The notes under the pieces were generated by a model. The model was not told the DNA's origin. It made no database searches and saw only the letters and a list, made by a program, of their open reading frames with translations. Made by a program: the position numbers and the translations under genes. From an uncultured Planctomycetaceae bacterium (GTDB lineage Bacteria; Planctomycetota; Planctomycetia; Isosphaerales; Isosphaeraceae), in NCBI GenBank assembly GCA_963833985.1, contig CAWIAD010000002.1, forward strand, positions 6,208,001-6,272,000: 64,000 bases of DNA, given 5' to 3'. This document shows positions 59,792-64,000 of this stretch, piece after piece (position 1 is the stretch's first letter; each line of letters starts with the position of its first letter).

Positions 59792-61570
59792 TCAAGCCGG
59801 ATCGTTCGCCTCGCCGCTCGAACCGCCCAGTTGTTCGACGCCAACCCGGGCACAGAACTCGCCGAAGCTCTCGCGGTCTTGCCGTTCGGCGCGGAAGCGT
59901 TCGAGCACCGGAACCAGGGTCGCGACGACCTCGTGGTGCGGGACGTAGTCCTTGTACTCGGTGTTGAGCCGATCACCGAGGGTGCGCCCGCCCAGGAAGA
60001 TGGTGTAAGTCCCCGCGCCCGGCTTGCCGTCGGGACCGATATGGGCCGAGCGGCCGACCAGGCCGATGTCGGCGTTGTAGGGGCGGGCGCAGCCGTTGGG
60101 GCAGCCGGTCATGCGCACGCTCAGGCGCTCCTCGGCCAGGCCCAGGCGGGTGAGCTCGCCCTCCAGCTCGTCGAGCAGCGTGGGCATGGCGCGCTCGGCC
60201 TCGGTGACGGCCTGGCCGCAGGTGGGCAAGGCGGGACAGGCCATGGCCCAGCGGCGGACCGTGGAGATGCGCTCCACCGTGGCAATGCCGTACTCCTCGA
60301 GCCAGGCGTGGATCGGCGCGCGCCAGGCCGGTTCGATGTCGGCCAGCAGGATCGACTGCTGACAGGTCAGCCGCGCCGGGACGGGGTAACGCTCGAAAAA
60401 CGCGCGCAGCCCGCTGAAGAGCCGGAAGGAGCCTTCGTCCTTGATCCGCCCGTTCTCGACCGGGATGCCCAGGAAGAGCTTGCCGTCGCCCTGCTCGTGC
60501 CAGCCCATGTGGTCGTCGACGCCCGTCACGACCACCGGCTTCGGGTCATCGAGGGGATGGCCGAGGTACTCCTCGATCTTGGCCCGGAACGCGGGCAGGC
60601 CCCAGTCGTGAATGACATATTTGAGCCGCGCGCGCTTGCGGTCGGAGCGGTTGCCGAAATCACGAAAGACCTTCAGCACCGCCTCGCCAATCTCGAGCAC
60701 CTTGTCGCGGGAAACGTAGCAGAGCGGGACAGAGAGCATGGGGAACGTCTTCTGGGCGCTCGGGGTGGTTCCCAGCCCGCCGCCCACCAGCACGTTGTAG
60801 CCGGCAATCCGGCCGTCCTGGACGATGGCCAGGTAGCCCAGGTCGTTGGCATGGATATCGGTGCAGTTGTCGTCCGGGAACGCGAACGCCGTCTTGAACT
60901 TGCGCGGCAGGTAGGCCTTGCCGTAGATCGGCTCGACCGGATCGTCGGCCGGAGTGGAAACCTGGGGCGGCTGGGCCGGAGGCAAGCTCTCGATCTTCTC
61001 GCCGTCCAGCCAGATCTCCCAGTAGCTGGAAGAGCGCGGGGCGGCGTGGGCGGCCCAGCGGTGCGCGTCCTCCTGAAGCTGGTCCCTCAGCGCGTCGTGC
61101 ACCGGTGCGGGGCAGCAGAGGACGTTCCGTTCGACGTCGCCGCAGGCCGCAAGCGTCGAGAGCAGGGTTTCATTGATCTGCCGGATCGCCGCCGGCAGGT
61201 CGGTCTTCAGAACGCCGTGGAGCTGAAACTCCTGGCGCGTGGTGACCCGCAGCGTGCCGTTGCCCAGCGAACTTGCCAGCTCGGCGCACGCCAGGTACTG
61301 CGCGGCGGTGAGCTTCCCGCCCACCACCCGCACCCGGACCATGAACTCGTACGCCTTGTCCTTCTTCTCGCGCTTGAGCTGGGTGCGCAGGTCGCGATCA
61401 TCCTGCTGGTAAGAACCGTGGAACTTGAGGATGTTCGCGGCGTCATCGCTGAAGTGGCTGGTTCCGTTGTTCAGCTCGTCGGCCACGAAGGTCTTGAGGT
61501 ACTCGCTGGCGAGCTTCACCGCCTCGACCTTGCTCGGCTTGGGACTGTTCGCGCCGGCCGTCGGCTCCAT
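59792..61570 (-). CDS. cysI: Assimilatory sulfite reductase hemoprotein (CysI/Sir-like)
   Basis: KFHGSYQQDDRD, TTRQ.FQLHG, ACGDVERN, YLPRKFK, ACPALPTC, GCPNGCARP siroheme/4Fe-4S motifs. Confidence 0.9.
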   Translation of the reverse strand: MEPTAGANSPKPSKVEAVKLASEYLKTFVADELNNGTSHFSDDAANILKFHGSYQQDDRDLRTQLKREKKDKAYEFMVRVRVVGGKLTAAQYLACAELASSLGNGTLRVTTRQEFQLHGVLKTDLPAAIRQINETLLSTLAACGDVERNVLCCPAPVHDALRDQLQEDAHRWAAHAAPRSSSYWEIWLDGEKIESLPPAQPPQVSTPADDPVEPIYGKAYLPRKFKTAFAFPDDNCTDIHANDLGYLAIVQDGRIAGYNVLVGGGLGTTPSAQKTFPMLSVPLCYVSRDKVLEIGEAVLKVFRDFGNRSDRKRARLKYVIHDWGLPAFRAKIEEYLGHPLDDPKPVVVTGVDDHMGWHEQGDGKLFLGIPVENGRIKDEGSFRLFSGLRAFFERYPVPARLTCQQSILLADIEPAWRAPIHAWLEEYGIATVERISTVRRWAMACPALPTCGQAVTEAERAMPTLLDELEGELTRLGLAEERLSVRMTGCPNGCARPYNADIGLVGRSAHIGPDGKPGAGTYTIFLGGRTLGDRLNTEYKDYVPHHEVVATLVPVLERFRAERQDRESFGEFCARVGVEQLGGSSGEANDPA

Positions 61571-61631
61571 CGTCACCCTCGATTCTGTCGGTCAATCTTC
61601 ACTTTGTTGGTGATCTTGCTGAACTTTCTCT

Positions 61632-61660
61632 ATCATAGGGAATATGGCAACCGGGGACAA
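61632..61660 (-). promoter_or_regulatory. Putative sigma70 promoter of the sulfite reductase-cdd unit
   Basis: TTGTCC-17 nt-TATGAT on the minus strand, about 60 nt upstream of the start. Confidence 0.55.
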
Positions 61661-61748
61661 CACCCACTCGAACCGGGTTGTGCTTGCGCAACTTCGGTTC
61701 CAGGCGGCCCGGGTCTTGCCGGCACCTCGGTGGGGCCTTCCGAGCACG

Positions 61749-61775
61749 CCTTCTATCGATGCAATCGATGGAAGG
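61749..61775 (-). terminator. Hairpin downstream of the LolA-like gene (possible terminator)
   Basis: CCTTCCATCGAT-TGC-ATCGATAGAAGG; no clear U tract. Confidence 0.35.
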
Positions 61776-61807
61776 ACGCACGCTTTCAGGAGCATACCGG
61801 CCAGAAC

Positions 61808-62974
61808 TTATTTGGGTGTCGGGTCGGCGGGCGGCTTGGGGATGTCGATGGGCTGGTCGAGGACGGGGCCCTCCTGGCGGGCGGCCTCGGCCCGCTTCTG
61901 CATTGCCTGCACCTGGATGGCCTGGTCGAGACCCTTGATCAGCGCCTCGGTGTTGTCTTCCACGTTGGCGTCGGGTTGTGCCTGGAAGGCGAACTCCTCG
62001 GGCTTGATGGCGGCGTTGATCTTGACATTGGTGTAGGCGAGCTTGATCTCGCTGGGATCGATCTTCTCGATCGAGCTGCGTGAGCCGATGAGCTTGCCGT
62101 CCGGGCCGGTGCGGCGGGTGTCGAGCAGGACCGTGGGAACGCTACCAACCATATCCAGCTTGTAGGGCCAGCCGTCTTCCTTGCCCAGGTAGAGCGTGGC
62201 CCGGCTGGGGACGAAGGCCGGCAGGGGACCGGCGGCGGGGAGCGGGCGCTGGTCGGCTCCGACCAGTCCATTCCGGGTGCGCCAGGTTCCCCGCAGCACC
62301 CAGACGGACTTGCCGTCCAGCGTTTCCTCTTCTTTCTGGTCGAACTTCACGGCCCTCCGCAGGCCGACGAGTAGCGTATCCGGGCCAGCGAATCCCATCT
62401 GGCTGAGGATGCCGTCACGCGTCTTGGCGTCGATATCGGGCGAGTTGAGACGCTCGAAGATCGGCTTGATCGAGAGTTTGCGGTAACTCCGGTAGTCGAG
62501 AACCTGCTGATATTCCCAGAGCGTGTCGCCGTCGCACACCTGGAGCAAGCTGCCGGTCGAGTCCGGCAAGCCGGAGACGGTGAGCATGAGGTAGATCTTC
62601 GAGACCGGCGCCTTGAGATAGCGGCCCTTGATGTCGAACTTCTGCTTGAGGATCGTGGCCGACTGGACCATATCGGCCGAGACCGACTTGATGGCCGCGA
62701 CCTTCTTGATCGCCAGGTCGATCAGTTGCTCGGCCTCGGTGGCAGGCTCCGCGGGCGGCTCGGCCGGCTTGCCGGCCCCGGGCGGCTGCGCGAGGTTGCC
62801 GCCGGGCGGCTGCGCCGGAGCGTTCGACTTCGCGTCCGGCGCGGCTGTGGGCGGCTGCGTGCCAGAGGGCTGCGGGGTCTGCGCCAGCGCTTTGCCCTGG
62901 CCAGCAAGTCCGCTGGCCCAGAGAAACGCCCCGGCGAGCACGACGGCGTGCAAGTCAAATCGTTTGTAATACAT
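61808..62974 (-). CDS. Secreted LolA-like fold protein
   Basis: Signal peptide, Pro-rich linker, LQVCDGDTLW, LYLGKEDGWPYK, YTNVKIN...EEFAF. Confidence 0.7.
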   Translation of the reverse strand: MYYKRFDLHAVVLAGAFLWASGLAGQGKALAQTPQPSGTQPPTAAPDAKSNAPAQPPGGNLAQPPGAGKPAEPPAEPATEAEQLIDLAIKKVAAIKSVSADMVQSATILKQKFDIKGRYLKAPVSKIYLMLTVSGLPDSTGSLLQVCDGDTLWEYQQVLDYRSYRKLSIKPIFERLNSPDIDAKTRDGILSQMGFAGPDTLLVGLRRAVKFDQKEEETLDGKSVWVLRGTWRTRNGLVGADQRPLPAAGPLPAFVPSRATLYLGKEDGWPYKLDMVGSVPTVLLDTRRTGPDGKLIGSRSSIEKIDPSEIKLAYTNVKINAAIKPEEFAFQAQPDANVEDNTEALIKGLDQAIQVQAMQKRAEAARQEGPVLDQPIDIPKPPADPTPK

Positions 62975-63372
62975 GATTTGGATGTAAGGCAATTCCTCAA
63001 GGAAGGGGCCAGAATGCCCGATCATAATCGCTAGGCGTCTTGAGACGCAAGTCCGGCCGGCGATCACCGAGCGCCGCGGCCTGGTGGAAACCCGCGACGG
63101 GCTGGAGCACGCACGCGCGGCAGACCGGCGGGCCTGGTCCGGTCCTTTCGTGGTCCGGGCCCGGATGAGCTGGCTCGATGCTCGAGGCGGATTGGTCGGG
63201 ACGTCCGGCGGCCTGGCCAGGCTCTGTTCCTGGACCGTCCCGGGCGGATTGACCATGGCCGATGCGGTCGCAGTAGGAAGTCAGGAAGACCAAGCATTCT
63301 CCCCGATCGTCGGATACGGAGGGCTCGGGCCCCGGGCCGGCCGGCTTGGGTCGCGGGAGTTGGAGGAGATCC

Positions 63373-64000
63373 ATGCATACTATCGGAGTGCTGCTGCTGG
63401 CGGCAGCGACCGCCGGCGACGGATTTGGATATTCCGACCCCGGAGTCCATCTCAAGAAATGGCTGCGGCCGCACGCCGTGGTCTCCAGTGCCGCACCGCC
63501 AGGCGGTCCCCAGTACACCGCCGCAACCATGAACGGCGGCCCGGGGATGGGACCAGGAAACCGCCGCCAGGTCAACACCAAGAGCCAGATCTACTTCATC
63601 GATCCCGACGGCATGAACATCGGCTGGCAAACCAGCACCGGGCCCAACGGCGAACGGTCCTACGCTGGCACTCAGCTCGTCGTGCCGGCCCGCTATAACT
63701 TCACTCAGGGCTATATCTACCGTCTCAAGCTGTCAAACATCCCGGGCCGTCAGGGCGTCAGTCTCTACCCGACCATCGAGGTCGCCCCAACCACCCCGGC
63801 GACCGACGCCTACCTGGCCCACAACGCCATTCCCATCCAGTTCACTGCCGAGGATTTCGATCAGGTGGTCGACGGCGGTAACTTCGTGACCAAGGTCATC
63901 TACCTGCCCGATCCGAAATACCAGGAAGTGGCTGTTTCGGGTGTGGAAACACTCGTCTCTACCCGGCTGGAACCGGGAGTCGATCCGATCCTCGAGGCCG
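63373..64000 (+). CDS. Planctomycete-type conserved secreted hypothetical protein, runs off the window
   Basis: GGAGGAG RBS; MHTIGVLLLAAATAG...PARYNFTQGYIYRLKLSNIPGR...LYPTIEV...EDFDQV..GNFVTKVIYLPDP, open to the window end. Confidence 0.8.
   Translation, partial: MHTIGVLLLAAATAGDGFGYSDPGVHLKKWLRPHAVVSSAAPPGGPQYTAATMNGGPGMGPGNRRQVNTKSQIYFIDPDGMNIGWQTSTGPNGERSYAGTQLVVPARYNFTQGYIYRLKLSNIPGRQGVSLYPTIEVAPTTPATDAYLAHNAIPIQFTAEDFDQVVDGGNFVTKVIYLPDPKYQEVAVSGVETLVSTRLEPGVDPILEA

Noticed and set aside
61580..61800. SAM riboswitch upstream of sulfite reductase
   Set aside because: No SAM-I/II core motifs seen; the leader from the predicted promoter is only about 55 nt.
59549..62083. 844-aa plus-strand ORF and similar long antisense ORFs (4583-6802, 45195-47327, 22904-24658, 2375-3892)
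   Set aside because: Shadow frames of real high-GC genes on the opposite strand; no motifs.
63084..63698. 204-aa ORF from the track as the last gene
   Set aside because: The conserved-looking frame starts at ATG 63373 with a strong RBS and runs off the window in a different frame.

Overview
High-GC bacterial chromosome segment. The gene content (DUF4058, two Uma2 proteins, a kinase-coupled ECF sigma, a PEP-CTERM protein, proteins with an RF-x-(I/L)RT N-terminus) suggests Planctomycetota, probably Isosphaeraceae; this is inference. Core genes are nusA-infB-rbfA, queE, cdd, a sulfite reductase hemoprotein, a two-gene pyruvate/2-oxoacid:ferredoxin oxidoreductase, fur-tatD and an EmrAB-type pump. 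Accessory genes include a GT4+GH130 pair, three ECF sigma modules and secreted hydrolases. There are two mobile-DNA hot spots. At 11-16 kb an IS4 sits inside a REP that is itself in-frame in a gene, and a Y1/HUH (RAYT-like) transposase gene is preceded by 15 copies of one 22-nt unit that all end at the same base but are variably 5'-truncated, abutting a decapitated gene; this is the best candidate for an undescribed system. At 55.6-58.6 kb an ISAzo13 is nested in an IS3 that interrupts a host gene, with both target duplications visible. Several 1-2 nt deletions, including one in essential infB, look like sequencing errors in GC/CG runs. No rRNA, tRNA or CRISPR array was found. All calls come from reading the sequence by eye; no database searches were run.
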